Assembly (NCBI GenBank): GCA_044892525.1
Contig: CM097885.1
Location: forward strand, 11,844,001 to 11,908,000
DNA length: 64,000 bases
Origin: Schmidtea polychroa
Lineage: Eukaryota
Reading direction: 5' to 3'
The translations under genes were made by a program, and so were the position numbers. The notes below the pieces were generated by a model. It had not been told where the DNA came from. It did no database searches and saw only the letters and a program-made list of their open reading frames with translations. This document shows, one piece after another, positions 1 to 11,418 of the stretch (position 1 is its first letter; every line of letters begins with the position of its first letter).

Positions 1-3000
1 CAACTCCTAAATAATGCCCAAATGCGTAACTTAAGTTTTTTCCTAGCCACGCGCGCTTATCATCATTATTACTTAGGGCAATTTTCGAATTTTTAAAAGT
101 AAAAAGTTGGTGATTTCTAGTACCTATTCTAGTCTGCGGTACAGAAATCACCTGATTTGAATTATAGCAATTTAGATATGTTTCATGATTTATTGATGTC
201 CGAGATAATTTAACCCCCTTCGCTTTTACCGTTTCCTTACTACCTAAAAGACTATAACATTTAGGGCGTAAGAAAACCCATTCAGAATACCCTAATCCCT
301 TGCTCTCATCTTTAAACTTCCCGATGACCGAGTCAAGGTTCCTACTATACAAGGGGTGGGTTGGATCGTAATTTGACGTATCCAATAAATTATCTGAGAT
401 CATTTGAGGTAATAGAGTTGTTAATTTTAAATTTTTAATTTCTAAAAAGAAACTGTCGGTATCACCGGCAATAATATTAATTATATATTTATATTGGCGT
501 CTGTACTTCTCCAAATCAATATATTGGAGCTGGTACATCCGCAGTTTAGACAGATCTAGTACTGTTTGACCAATGTAGCTAGGTCTGTCTAAACAAATCA
601 CATCTTTTTCCAAATGTGCCGCAATCAGATCGTTATCGATTCTTATGGACTTTCTGAAAGTCGGCTTTGAGGAGTATACTATCATCTTTTCGGATGAATT
701 ACACAACCTCAAATTCATTCTTTTTTTCAAATTTTCAACCGATTTACCGTAAAGAGAGTTATTATACAATTTAAACAAGTCCCTATATATCTCGCTAGTA
801 GACTGAGATCGTAAAGTGGTGTTGGTGTCTATGTAGGATTTAAAGATAGGTCCTTGTTTAAACTTTATACACCTATGAATATTTACAACAACCGCACCTA
901 ATTCTATATACAATTTGAGAAGCCTCCAATGAAGAACATAGTTCCTCTTTGGCCAATGCGTAAGCATAAGCTTCTCAACTTTTGAATTAGGTGGGCACAA
1001 CTTTTCCGGCGCAAGCGGAAAATCATTCAAAAAGTCATGCACACATTCCGGAATATCGATATCGACCTCCATAGTATACCCATATGGAAGGTTATCAATA
1101 TCCGTGTTCATACATTCAAGTAAAACATCATTCAAGTTATTATTCACCCAAGAAAAATCACCATACGGAAGATTTTGGCTAAGAGCCCAACCATACAGAT
1201 TATTTATATCAATGTACAATAATTCTGTATCATCTGAAGTAGCCGTGTAATGTTTGTTAACAAATGTTAACCCACCCCGGATACCTCCCTCATAGAAATT
1301 ATACATTTCCATGTCCTGCAGAAGTTCTATTGGTTCCGTTAATGTCATAAGCGCTGAGGCCCATGACATACCGGGAATCCCGTAGAAATTAAGAGGATCC
1401 AGACCATTGTAAGCAATTGCCTTACCGCGGAATTGCTGAAAATAATCTGCGAGGAGGTATACGTCCAATTTTAGGTAGATTAACATATAATCTAACAAAT
1501 TATTACAGTTATGCTGACTCCAAATTAGTTGAGCCTCAGCGTACTGATCTTCCGTAACATCAGACCAAATAGGAGGTAATTCTAAAGTCGATTCAAGAAC
1601 ATCTAAAGAAGTAGCGAAATTATATGGAAAGATACCTTTAGAGTGAATCATCGACCCTTGAAAGACAGACGAAGTCAAAGGAAAAGTAGTTAAGGTTTTC
1701 ACAGCTTTTGCTAAAGAACAATTAACAAATTGCATGCTGTCAATAAAACGAACAGGCAATTTGTTAATATATGCAATTAAAGATATAAATTTTTCTGTAG
1801 AGGTAGGTATAATATTAAGTTCCCAAAGGGGAAAATCACTGAGACCATGTTTTAAAATATGGTGGAGGTCATAGCCTCGTAAATTATGAAAGACAACAGG
1901 TAACAATTTATTAATCCTGCGAGAGACATTGCATTTCCTACATGCCGCTCCGACATATCTACCTGTAAAATGACAATGATCTCTCACAGGATTAATAATA
2001 GATTTTTTACACAAATAACAAATAGTGGAAGATCGAAAGGCACGCTCCTGAGCAAAAGACAAAGTAGACATACCTTTATGACCTTGAAGTTCATAATATG
2101 GCAGGACAATTGTGACAGCAATTTCCTCCACTTTCCTCAAAAAATCCAAAATACAATTAGGTCCAAAAAAATAATAATAAAATTTTGTGTTTGTATAATT
2201 ATTAATTAATAAAAGACCTGCTGATATGGGTAAATGTATTTGATGATATGTTTCATGTTCTGGTAAAACCGATTCAAAATCGGCATAAATTACGAAGGGA
2301 GGTGTAACTGTTTTTGCGTAATCTGTGAATAATAAATCTTTATTTTTAGGAAGTGTATACAAGGTTGTGCCAGTCTGATTTTTACAGCATAGAGCAACAT
2401 GCTGATCGAAAGCATTCTTATATCTAAAGCCATTTAAACAACGTGGGCACCAGTTACACCTTATTTGAACGTTAACATTTTCATTTTCATGACAATTCAT
2501 TAATTTGTCCAAGTCTGTCACGGCCGTATAATGATATTTATCTTTATTACTCAAAAGTAATAAATAAATTGGTCTACCGTCTATAACCTTGGAGCGATGT
2601 ACTATATTAAGATGAGGGTGGTGAGCTACATAATCCTCAGAAATATCTAAATCAGAACTGGCTGGATTATACGAAAGAACGTTTATGCTTAAATTTAAAT
2701 CACGATTTTTCCTTTCAAATTTAGGAATGTTGCATAGCCTCATCGGGCAATCGGTGTCTTCGTCATAATTTAATAGAGGTAAAAATTCTATATATTTGGC
2801 GGCTCTTTGGTGATTACGACCTATTTCTTCTCTTTTTAAAAGTGCAAGAATGCTATACAAGAAGCACTTATGGTCGTTGTTTTTAACGTTAATTATTGCA
2901 TGTTTTAATTTTAAAGCCGATGGGGTTTTTATATAGCTATGTCCGGATAATCTACTAACGGGTGCGTATTTCGTTAAAATAAAATCTATTTCTAAAATAT

Positions 3001-4232
3001 TCACTACTCGCCACCCGCTTCCTAAATAGGTGAATTGCTCAATCTTTTCATTTAATTTGCTCACCCCCTCGTTTATAAAGTTTGATGTAAAAACTTGAGC
3101 ATTGTTTGAAAAATAATTATCCCGGATCTCCCCATCTTTTTCAAATTTAATTAAAATTGTGAATTGTATTTTTACATTGCCCATCTTTTCTATTTCCTCT
3201 ATTAATCTATCTTCAATTTTTGATGTTAGGGCTATTTTAACCAGGTTTTCATTTCTTATATTAAATTTTAATGTTTTACGTGATCCATTCAAATCGGATT
3301 CTACCGTAGGTTCAAACAAAGAGCCGCCTATTTGAAATATGTTGAAAGACGTTGAAGCTACACATTCATCATTGATGACTATCACTTCTTGTTGTGTAAT
3401 GGGTGATTGTTGTGTAATGGGTGCTTGTTGTGTAAACGATGTTGAAGCTACACATTCATCTTTGCTGATGACTATCACTTCAGGTCGCGATAATTTATTA
3501 GGAATGCAATTTTTAATTAAACCAGCAGGTCTTTTAATAGAATCTTTTTTAATATTTATAATATCTTTTTTAATAATATTTATAGTATCTTTTTTAATAG
3601 CATCTTTTTTAATAGAATCTGTTTTTTCTTTTATAATATTTTTTTTAATATTTTTTAAATCTTTTTTAATATCTTTTTTTATATCTTTTTTAATAGTATT
3701 TTTTGGTAAATTTTTTGATAAATTTTTTTGTAATTTTTTATTTATTTTTTTAAATAAAACATTTTTTGATATCGAAAATTGCCCTAAGTGACAATGATGT
3801 TTATTAAAAAATTCCCTATATTTTACTTTTTCTCTCGTTACACATTTGGGGCATATAAAAAAGTTGAGCGAATTAAACGTCTTTTTGTAGTATTTTCTCA
3901 TTGTGCGATGACATTTATCGCTATGTCCATTTGCAGCTTGGCAATAATTTGGGTATAGTTTACCTGTTAAATAATAAAATTAAAGTTTTATTTTTTTTCT
4001 AATTGTTATTAATTGTTACATCTATAAGGATTTATCATCATTTGTTATTTAATTCAAATGAACTATATAACAAATGATGATAAATCCTTATAGAAAATAG
4101 GTTAATATATTCGAGAGAATATTAGAGAGATTTTAGTAGATAGGTCAGATTATTATATGAATATGTTAAATATTAGAGAGATTTTAGTAGATAGGTCAGA
4201 TTATTATATGAATATTAGACGAGTCAGATTAA

Positions 4233-4297
<65 letters not shown>

Positions 4298-4462
4298 TGA
4301 AGAGAAGTAGCTGCATGCCCACTGCAGACTACTATGTAGCTACATGCTTACTGTAGACTACATTATTATTTATATTAAAGAGAAGTAGCTGCATGCCCAC
4401 TGCAGACTACTATGTAGCTACATGCTTACTGTAGACTACATTATTATTATTAATATTATTAA

Positions 4463-4529
<67 letters not shown>

Positions 4530-6198
4530 TTAACTATTGTAGATGCACATTGCAAACTACAAGGATTTATTTTATAACTATAATTTTGTAATCACTTTTT
4601 TAAATACTTTGATTATATTTCAAAAACATAGTATTTTCTTCATAATTTTCGTCATATTTTCATCATAATTTTGGTCATATTTTCATCATAATTTTGGTCA
4701 TAATTTTGGTCATAAATCATTTTCATTTTGTTCATAAATTTTCGTCATTATTTCATAATAAATCATTTTCATCATAATTTTCTTCGTAAATCATTTTCAT
4801 CATAATTTTGGTCATAAATCATCATAATTTGGGCATAAATCATAAATCATCATAATTTGGGCATAAATCATAAATCATCATAATTTGGGCATAAATCATT
4901 TTCTTCATAATTTGGGCATAAATCATCATAATTTGGGCATAAATCATAAATCATCATAATTTGGGCATAAATCATTTTCTTCATAATTTGGGCATAAATC
5001 ATTTTCTTCATAATTTGGGCATAAATCATCATAATTTGGGCATAAATCATAAATCATCATCATAAATCATAAATCATCATCATAATTTGGGCATAAATCA
5101 TAAATCATCATAATTTGGGCATAAATCATTTTCTTCATAATTTGGGCATAAATCATCATAATTTGGGCATAAATCATTTTCTTCATAATTTGGGCATAAA
5201 TCATCATAATTTGGGCATAAATCATCATAATTTGAGCATAAATTCATAATTCATTTTCTTCATAAGTTTGATCATAAGGTTCATCAAAATATTTAAGAAA
5301 TTTTCATCAAAATATTTAAAAAAAAGTGATTACGAAATTTAAATATCAAAAATATATATATATAGAATAAATAAATCTTACATTCTGATTCCATATCGGA
5401 ATCTGAGTCTTCAGCAACCGAACTGAGGGTATTATCATCAATTGTTACATTTTCCATAAAATCTTCATCGATGAAATCTGAGTCTTCAGCAACCGAACTG
5501 AGGGCATTATCATCAATTGTTACATTTTCCATAATTTCTTCATCGATGTCGACATTGAAATTAAACGCTAAAAAATAAAATTTTTAAAAATAAATTACTA
5601 AAGTAAATAAATTTACTTTTTTCTTTGATAACCTTGGTTTGCCCAACATCAATAACTGGGGCGTCCGATTGTCCAAGAAAAATAATATCTTCATCACTAT
5701 TTTCATTAACATTTTCTGTAATGCAAATTAATTTAATAAAAATTAAAATAAATTTACTTTTTTCTTTGAAAACATAGTTGTGCCCAACATCATTAACTGG
5801 GGCATCCGATTGTCCAAGAAAAATAATATCTTCATCACTATTTTCATTAACATTTTCTGTAATGCAAATTAATTTAATAAAAATTAAAATAAATTTACTT
5901 TTTTCTTTGAAAACATAGTTGTGCCCAACATCATTAACTGGGGCATCCGATTGTCCAAGAAAAATAATATCTTCATCACTATTTTCATTAACATTTTCTG
6001 TAATGCAAATTAATTTAATAAAAATTAAAATATTAAATTTACCAAATATATTTTCCACATTTAAAATGGCATCGTTTTCTGTAACTTCGTACCAGTCGAA
6101 TGGTTCTAAAATAAAATATAATAAAAATCGAATAAAAATAATAATAATTTACCGTTACTCAAAAGACTTCTCAATACTCGATTCTTGTTGGTTTCCAT
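1..6198 (-). CDS. polB: Protein-primed family B DNA polymerase (pPolB), spliced, runs off the window edge. Predicted exons 6198-6153, 6105-6043, 5997-5899, 5856-5758, 5715-5617, 5567-5382, 3963-<1
   Basis: Absent from the ORF track, most likely because there is no stop in the window; the two ends of the main exon are in the same frame. Minus-strand translation gives IYADFE, RDHCHFTG, FHNLRGYD, KGIFPY, IRGG, YIDINNLYG, NSLYGKS, AGDTDS and AKGV, collinear with the 36-40 kb pPolB. All six GT-AG introns are phase 1 and keep frame. Confidence 0.9.
4630..5290. repeat. Minisatellite of CATAATTTGGGCATAAATCAT-type units inside the long pPolB intron
   Basis: Direct tandem variants with ~21-28 bp units. 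Confidence 0.85.
5617..6030 (-). repeat. Three tandem copies of a 141-bp unit (99-nt exon plus 42-nt intron)
   Basis: Exon starts at 5997, 5856 and 5715, each preceded by TTGCATTACAG and followed by GTAAAT. Confidence 0.85.
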
Positions 6199-6551
6199 TG
6201 ATTTCAAATAGATTTTCGAATTGATTTTCAAAATTTCAAAATAATTGTGACAAATTTTAGATTTGTCAATGTTTATAAAGAGAATGAATATTTTCCTGTC
6301 CCAGCCAATGAGAATATAGACACACACACATATACATTGAATATTTTACTCTCTCAACCAATCACACGCATGCATGTATGTAATGTAAATCAGTCAGAAT
6401 TACATGTGACTGCCTTTGTTAGTCATGCCTTTGTTAACTTGCACTGTGCATGCCTCAGGCAAAGGCAGTCTTTATGTTACAAATAATAATATTTATTAGA
6501 ATAATAATAAAATTAATTAAAAATAATAATATTTTTCACAATAATAATAAT

Positions 6552-6582
<31 letters not shown>

Positions 6583-6698
6583 ATAATAATAATAATAATA
6601 ATATTAATAATAATAATAATATTAATAATATTAATAATAACACAACAACAAAGGAAAGGATACATTTATTAAACATCAAATTTATTAAACATTTTTCT

Positions 6699-7084
6699 TT
6701 AAACATCAAATTTTTTGTACAATAACCAAGCTAAACAATGTTGACCGCATGTTTGGGTCAAAGGATTTTGAAACATAGTTTTATTATACACAATAGGTTT
6801 TCCCATTGTTTGTAGTTTTGATATCAACAAAGCTGGGTAATAGAAACCCATAGGATCGAACACGAATATATTACCAGGTTTCACATATATAGCTATCCAA
6901 TGTTCTCCACCAAGATGAGACGATTGAGTATTGACGATTATTGCTTGATTATTGCTCAAATATGGAATTTTATCAAGAGGAAAAACTCCAACAAATTCAT
7001 TTCCCAATATCTGTTTTCCGATTTTATTGACCTGAACAGAACTATTTAAATAAATCCAGAGTATAAAAAAACAACTTACTCCAT
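6699..7084 (-). CDS. Adenain-like (C5) cysteine maturation protease; exons 7084-7080 and 7041-6699
   Basis: Motifs IVNT..GEHW, FDPMG and Q....CGQHC. The track ORF starts at TTG; a 38-nt GTAAG..TAG intron supplies the ATG (MDSVQVNKIGKQILGNEF). Confidence 0.9.
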
Positions 7085-7111
7085 GATAACTTTTTGTGTT
7101 TCTGTATACAT

Positions 7112-8335
7112 TTATACCAACACGGTTCTATTTGCAGTAATTTGAACTTCATTTTCAAATACTCCATATATTATAACATGTACTGGTTCTGTAATGGCTC
7201 TTGCAAACTTTATATCCAGTCGTAAATTCCCGTTTTGTGGTAATTGACTTTGATTTAAATCAAAATCAGGGGCTAAAACAAATGTAAAAAATGGGTATTT
7301 GCTTTTAAAATCTTCTAGTGTTATTCCGCAATTCAAATTTTTATCTAAATAACCCAGATTTCTAACAATACTCTGCATATATGTCGCACAGTAATTGTCA
7401 TTCTCGAAATCTTGAATATATGTTTCTCTATAATCAGTATTTTTCGACAAAGTCAATGATGTAACACCAAAGTTTTTGAAAATTGAGCTGGACGCAGTAT
7501 ATGATCCATTATATTGTGCTTCACTTTGAAATGTTATCAGAATAAAATTAGGCATTCTTCTGTCACCAAATATTTGTTCTTTATAGAATGATGAAGCACC
7601 TTTAGCAATAGCAAATTGTACAATTTCCTTTGTTTTTAATGGATAAATTGCATGTTTTGAATTAAGACCCAATTGATGACCTGCTAATACTGAGGGGTCT
7701 ACTCGAACTCTTCTCACCAATAATTTTGCATCAACTAATTGACATATTGGTGTAGTAGTTGCACTAGTAAGAGATAATGCAGAATCAGACCTTTTCAGTC
7801 TAATATGTACATTAACCCCCGGTAGTAAATATTTCGGTTGATCCATAAAATCAAGTTGTAACGATGAGCACATGGTGAAAACCTTTGAGCCTTTTACCCA
7901 CTTTTTTCTTTCATAATCTGCTGCTGCATAGCCCATAGGAGTAAGACATGTATTTTTAGTATCGGAATTGTAATTTAAAATAGTTTCTATTAATGCCTTG
8001 TGAATGAATGTATTATTTCCGCCCTCAATCTTAATATTATTAAATCCCAACACTGCATCTTTAAAAAGAGTATGAAACAGGAAATTGTTCGGTATTACAT
8101 CTGCATTGGCATCCAAAACTTTTCTATCTTTATCTACAACCTTAATCTGAACAGTCAATAAAGTATCATTCAAATCTAAATATTCGGTTTGCGAACCATT
8201 AATATAAAACTCGATATCATTTCTACTATCGGTAATTGAATTCATAGGAAAAACTTCCTCAAATGCCCCAAATTCTATTACAGCCTGGGGCGACGGTCTA
8301 TCAAATATACATAATTCGGATTTACCACAAATCAT
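7112..8335 (-). CDS. Major capsid protein (double jelly-roll, PY/hexon-like)
   Basis: 407 aa. CGKSELCIF N-terminus, EYLDLNDTLL, QPKYLLPGVNVHIRL and C-terminal GNLRLDIKF are typical of Polinton MCP; position next to the protease fits. Confidence 0.9.
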   Translation of the reverse strand: MICGKSELCIFDRPSPQAVIEFGAFEEVFPMNSITDSRNDIEFYINGSQTEYLDLNDTLLTVQIKVVDKDRKVLDANADVIPNNFLFHTLFKDAVLGFNNIKIEGGNNTFIHKALIETILNYNSDTKNTCLTPMGYAAADYERKKWVKGSKVFTMCSSLQLDFMDQPKYLLPGVNVHIRLKRSDSALSLTSATTTPICQLVDAKLLVRRVRVDPSVLAGHQLGLNSKHAIYPLKTKEIVQFAIAKGASSFYKEQIFGDRRMPNFILITFQSEAQYNGSYTASSSIFKNFGVTSLTLSKNTDYRETYIQDFENDNYCATYMQSIVRNLGYLDKNLNCGITLEDFKSKYPFFTFVLAPDFDLNQSQLPQNGNLRLDIKFARAITEPVHVIIYGVFENEVQITANRTVLV

Positions 8336-8703
8336 TTTGCAAATATAGTTCCATGTCCTTTCATTCGTTTGTTTATACGTGATATTCCATGTCTTTTACG
8401 TTTTGGAGCATGAGCTGGAGCTGGAGCTGGAGCTGGTTTTTGAAACATACCTGCAACCCCGGGTAAAACTTTCCCTAATTCTGCTAAAGCATTTGTTTTT
8501 AGAGATGGTAATATTTTCTGTTCATTCATAATAACATCTTTTGCAGTTTTCATACCAAAACTACCGATACGTTTAAGAATAGGCAATGCAAATCTACCTA
8601 TTGTTCTCAACCATCCTGATCCGTACTGTTTACCAATAAAATATGGTAAATCACCACCAGATTGGCTACCACTATACATACTAATAATATCAGAATTAGC
8701 CAT
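8332..8703 (-). CDS. Small Polinton core/PW-like precursor protein
   Basis: QSGG and QYGSG motifs followed by an amphipathic helix (WLRTIGRFALPILKRIG) and a basic tail. It overlaps the MCP start (ATGA). Confidence 0.7.
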   Translation of the reverse strand: MANSDIISMYSGSQSGGDLPYFIGKQYGSGWLRTIGRFALPILKRIGSFGMKTAKDVIMNEQKILPSLKTNALAELGKVLPGVAGMFQKPAPAPAPAHAPKRKRHGISRINKRMKGHGTIFAK

Positions 8704-9708
8704 TTATTTTACGAAAATGTAATGTCAAATGAGTTTTTGAGCCTTTTGGAAATTCGATTAATTGACCAGAATCATCTCTTATATTTATTTCTATATTGTT
8801 TATACAAGATGTTGAAACAGGTAAATACATGGGATTTTCTACATTGATTTGTACAACTTCATCTTGATCATGTTTTTCAATCCATATAGATTTCATTAAA
8901 GGTACACTAGAATCGCCAACAATAACTGGTTCCACGATATTACTGTAAATGAACATTTGCTGATGATGTTTAAGGATTTTCGGTTTGTTTGTTCCTTCAC
9001 AAATTTGTTCATTTTGTGTACATACTGGTTTAGTCAATCCTAATGTTTTTGTCAAATTTGAGTCAAATTTAACTTGACTAAGATTAGAATTTATACTAAA
9101 TCTAAATACTTTATCTTTTTGAAGCTCAAAAACTGTTAAAATATCGCTACAATTGTCACCTAAATAAGTTTGTAATTGTTCGAGGTCTGTAATATATAAA
9201 TTATCTTTAAAAGTATATGCATGCTCTGTTATTTCAATGTATGACAGCTTAAATTTGAATTCCACTAAATTATTAGTTTTCGGAAGTGTAGAGAGATTTA
9301 TTTTGACTGTATCATTAAATACATTACGTAAATCAGTAAATCCAAGACGTTTAGCATCAGCCACTGTAGAAAATATAATTTCGAATGACTTATTCAAGCA
9401 ATTCATGTATAAATATTGACCATCATCATAAATTATAGGTTTCCTTGATTTCGATGAACTCGTCAAGTTATAATTATCTTTATCAATAAGAACATTAATA
9501 TATTCCGTTACTGCTACTTTCTTATTATATTCAATAACAGATTTGCTATAGATTGGGAATAAATTGTATACAAATGTAAAATCCAAAAGAGCAACTTCCC
9601 AGTCATTATCCAAATAGATAGGGTTTTGGAGTTCGATGATGAATTTGCTTGATTTTCTGGATGAATTAATGGACAACTATTGCTCGGCAAAATAGTATAA
9701 AAATTCAC
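8696..9708 (-). pseudogene. Minor capsid protein (penton, PX); GTG start and a frameshift near 9646-9650
   Basis: The N-terminal motif FYTILPSNS..HPENQA is in a different frame from KFIIELQNPIYLDNDWEVAL. The C-terminus MFIYSNIVEP..GDS..PLM..NPMYLPV..IEINIRDDSG..LHFRK is intact. Confidence 0.8.
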
Positions 9709-10337
9709 TTTACTAGGTCTTTTGCTGATATCCATGACGGGTTTTGATAACCATGCCATTTGACATAGTATTGTTTATCCTTGCCGACCTTTTTAGTTTT
9801 CAATATTTTTTGAATTCTAAATACTTTTGGGGGAGGAATGACTTGTAATTCCTGCTCATAAAATTTCCCCTGTAAAATATTATTATCATTGTCTTTGATG
9901 ACATACATTACAGGATTCTGTTTAGTATTTATTTTTGAAATTACAAAGACTTCATCACTCCAATTTGTATCAAAATTTTTAATAAATGGTGATGCACTAA
10001 TTTTACTAATTCTAACATGGTCACCGACTTTATATTTAGGTTTTGCAATTTTTACAGATTTCTTAGAAGTCAATGATGTTTTTGATGTAATATCAACCGG
10101 TCTCAATCCATTCAGTCCTCGATGTGATGAATGATTATAACTTGTTATTATTTTCGGTAAAGCATTTACCCATTTTTTATTACCTTGATGCACGAACAAT
10201 TTCTTTAATCGATCTCTCAATGTTCGATTAAATCTTTCAACATGGGCAGCTTTGTATTGAGAATGTACCGAGTAGTGATTTATTTTCAGTTTATCGAGGA
10301 TTTGCTTAACTTTACTATTGTAGAATTCTTTACCTAA

Positions 10338-10417
<80 letters not shown>

Positions 10418-10805
10418 CTAAATCTGTTTGCAAGTTATTAGGATGTCCGTCTTTAAATAAAATATTAATTGCCTTGGACATTTCTTCTGCAGATTTTGCC
10501 TTGACCGGTATTGCTCGTGCAAACCTGCTGTATACATTAATACATGTTAAAATATATTTATTCCCATTGTTAATTTTCGAATATGGTATCATCTCCATCA
10601 AATCCATTTGCCATAAATCGTCAATACCAAATGTTTTATACGCTCTTGTTGGAAATCTTTTCCGCATTGGTTTGTTCAAACTGTACGCAAGCTGATCTGA
10701 TAACCACTTCTGGGTTTCTTTTTTCGAATTCGGAACTCTTTTGTTTAATTTTGCCACTCCACCGAAACCGGCTTCGTCTTCTGGGTTCGTCCAAATCTTC
10801 TCCAT
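9705..10805 (-). CDS. int: Retroviral-like (rve) integrase with C-terminal chromodomain; intron 10417-10334
   Basis: Motifs WQMDL, TDLG|KEF, HVERFNRTL, YNHSSH and YYVKWHGY. The poly-Ile run is an 84-nt GT-AG intron. Confidence 0.92.
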
Positions 10806-10863
10806 TACAACAAGAAGATTTAAAATTAAATTTAATGTCGGGCAATGAAGGATTAGCACCCAT
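10636..10863 (-). CDS. Putative myristoylated small protein overprinted on the integrase 5' end
   Basis: MGANPS fits MGxxxS, followed by SSCC. The ATG lies 3 nt after the upstream stop in context ACAATGG. Confidence 0.55.
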   Translation of the reverse strand: MGANPSLPDIKFNFKSSCCNGEDLDEPRRRSRFRWSGKIKQKSSEFEKRNPEVVIRSACVQFEQTNAEKISNKSV

Positions 10864-10866
10864 TGT

Positions 10867-11400
10867 TTATGATTGATTTCCTACAACTCCACCTAATAAT
10901 GATAATGCCAGAGGTATTAATGCGCCAATAAATCCACCTTGTTGTTTATATATAATTTTTCTCATTTGCTTACGATTTTTATTATTTACTAAAGATAACA
11001 ATGGTTTCCTATGTTTGCTCAATAAATGCTTTTTTGATTTACTGATTTTAATTTTGCCTTTGACTACTTTAAGTATAATATTGAGTAAATCATCGACAAC
11101 AAAATTTGGGAATGATTGCAATATATTCATTCTTTTCATACTCGGGGCCTTTAACAATGCATTAAAAAATGGAAAACTGCGATGATTTTTAACTACTTTT
11201 TTACCGGTTTTACGGATTTTACGGGTTTTACGTTTAGGTTTAGGATTTTTCGAAATAAGATTCATTGCAGAGAAATTTTCAGTTACAAGTTTTTTAGATG
11301 GTGTATAACTAGTTGTTGGTGGAACTTTTGGAACTTTAATAGTCTTTCTAATACCTTTTCTTAATTTCCTAATATTTTTCACCCTTGCTTTTAGAAACAT
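10867..11400 (-). CDS. Basic Polinton conserved protein (PM-like core precursor)
   Basis: Lys/Arg-rich, ending in KQQGGFIGALIPLALSLLGG; lies between the ATPase and integrase. Confidence 0.7.
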   Translation of the reverse strand: MFLKARVKNIRKLRKGIRKTIKVPKVPPTTSYTPSKKLVTENFSAMNLISKNPKPKRKTRKIRKTGKKVVKNHRSFPFFNALLKAPSMKRMNILQSFPNFVVDDLLNIILKVVKGKIKISKSKKHLLSKHRKPLLSLVNNKNRKQMRKIIYKQQGGFIGALIPLALSLLGGVVGNQS

Positions 11401-11418
11401 TATTATTCATAGAGGTTT

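Noticed and set aside
3339..3791. Hydrophobic 150-aa plus-strand ORF
   Set aside because: It is the antisense shadow of the Lys-rich low-complexity region of pPolB.
4630..5290. Minisatellite translating as DLCPNY, resembling LYPNY of pPolB; also superficially CRISPR-like
   Set aside because: It has stops and frame changes, no clear splice sites and no unique spacers, and the context is eukaryotic.
5561..6058. 165-aa repeat ORF as a standalone gene
   Set aside because: Better explained as pPolB exons read through in-frame 42-45 nt introns.
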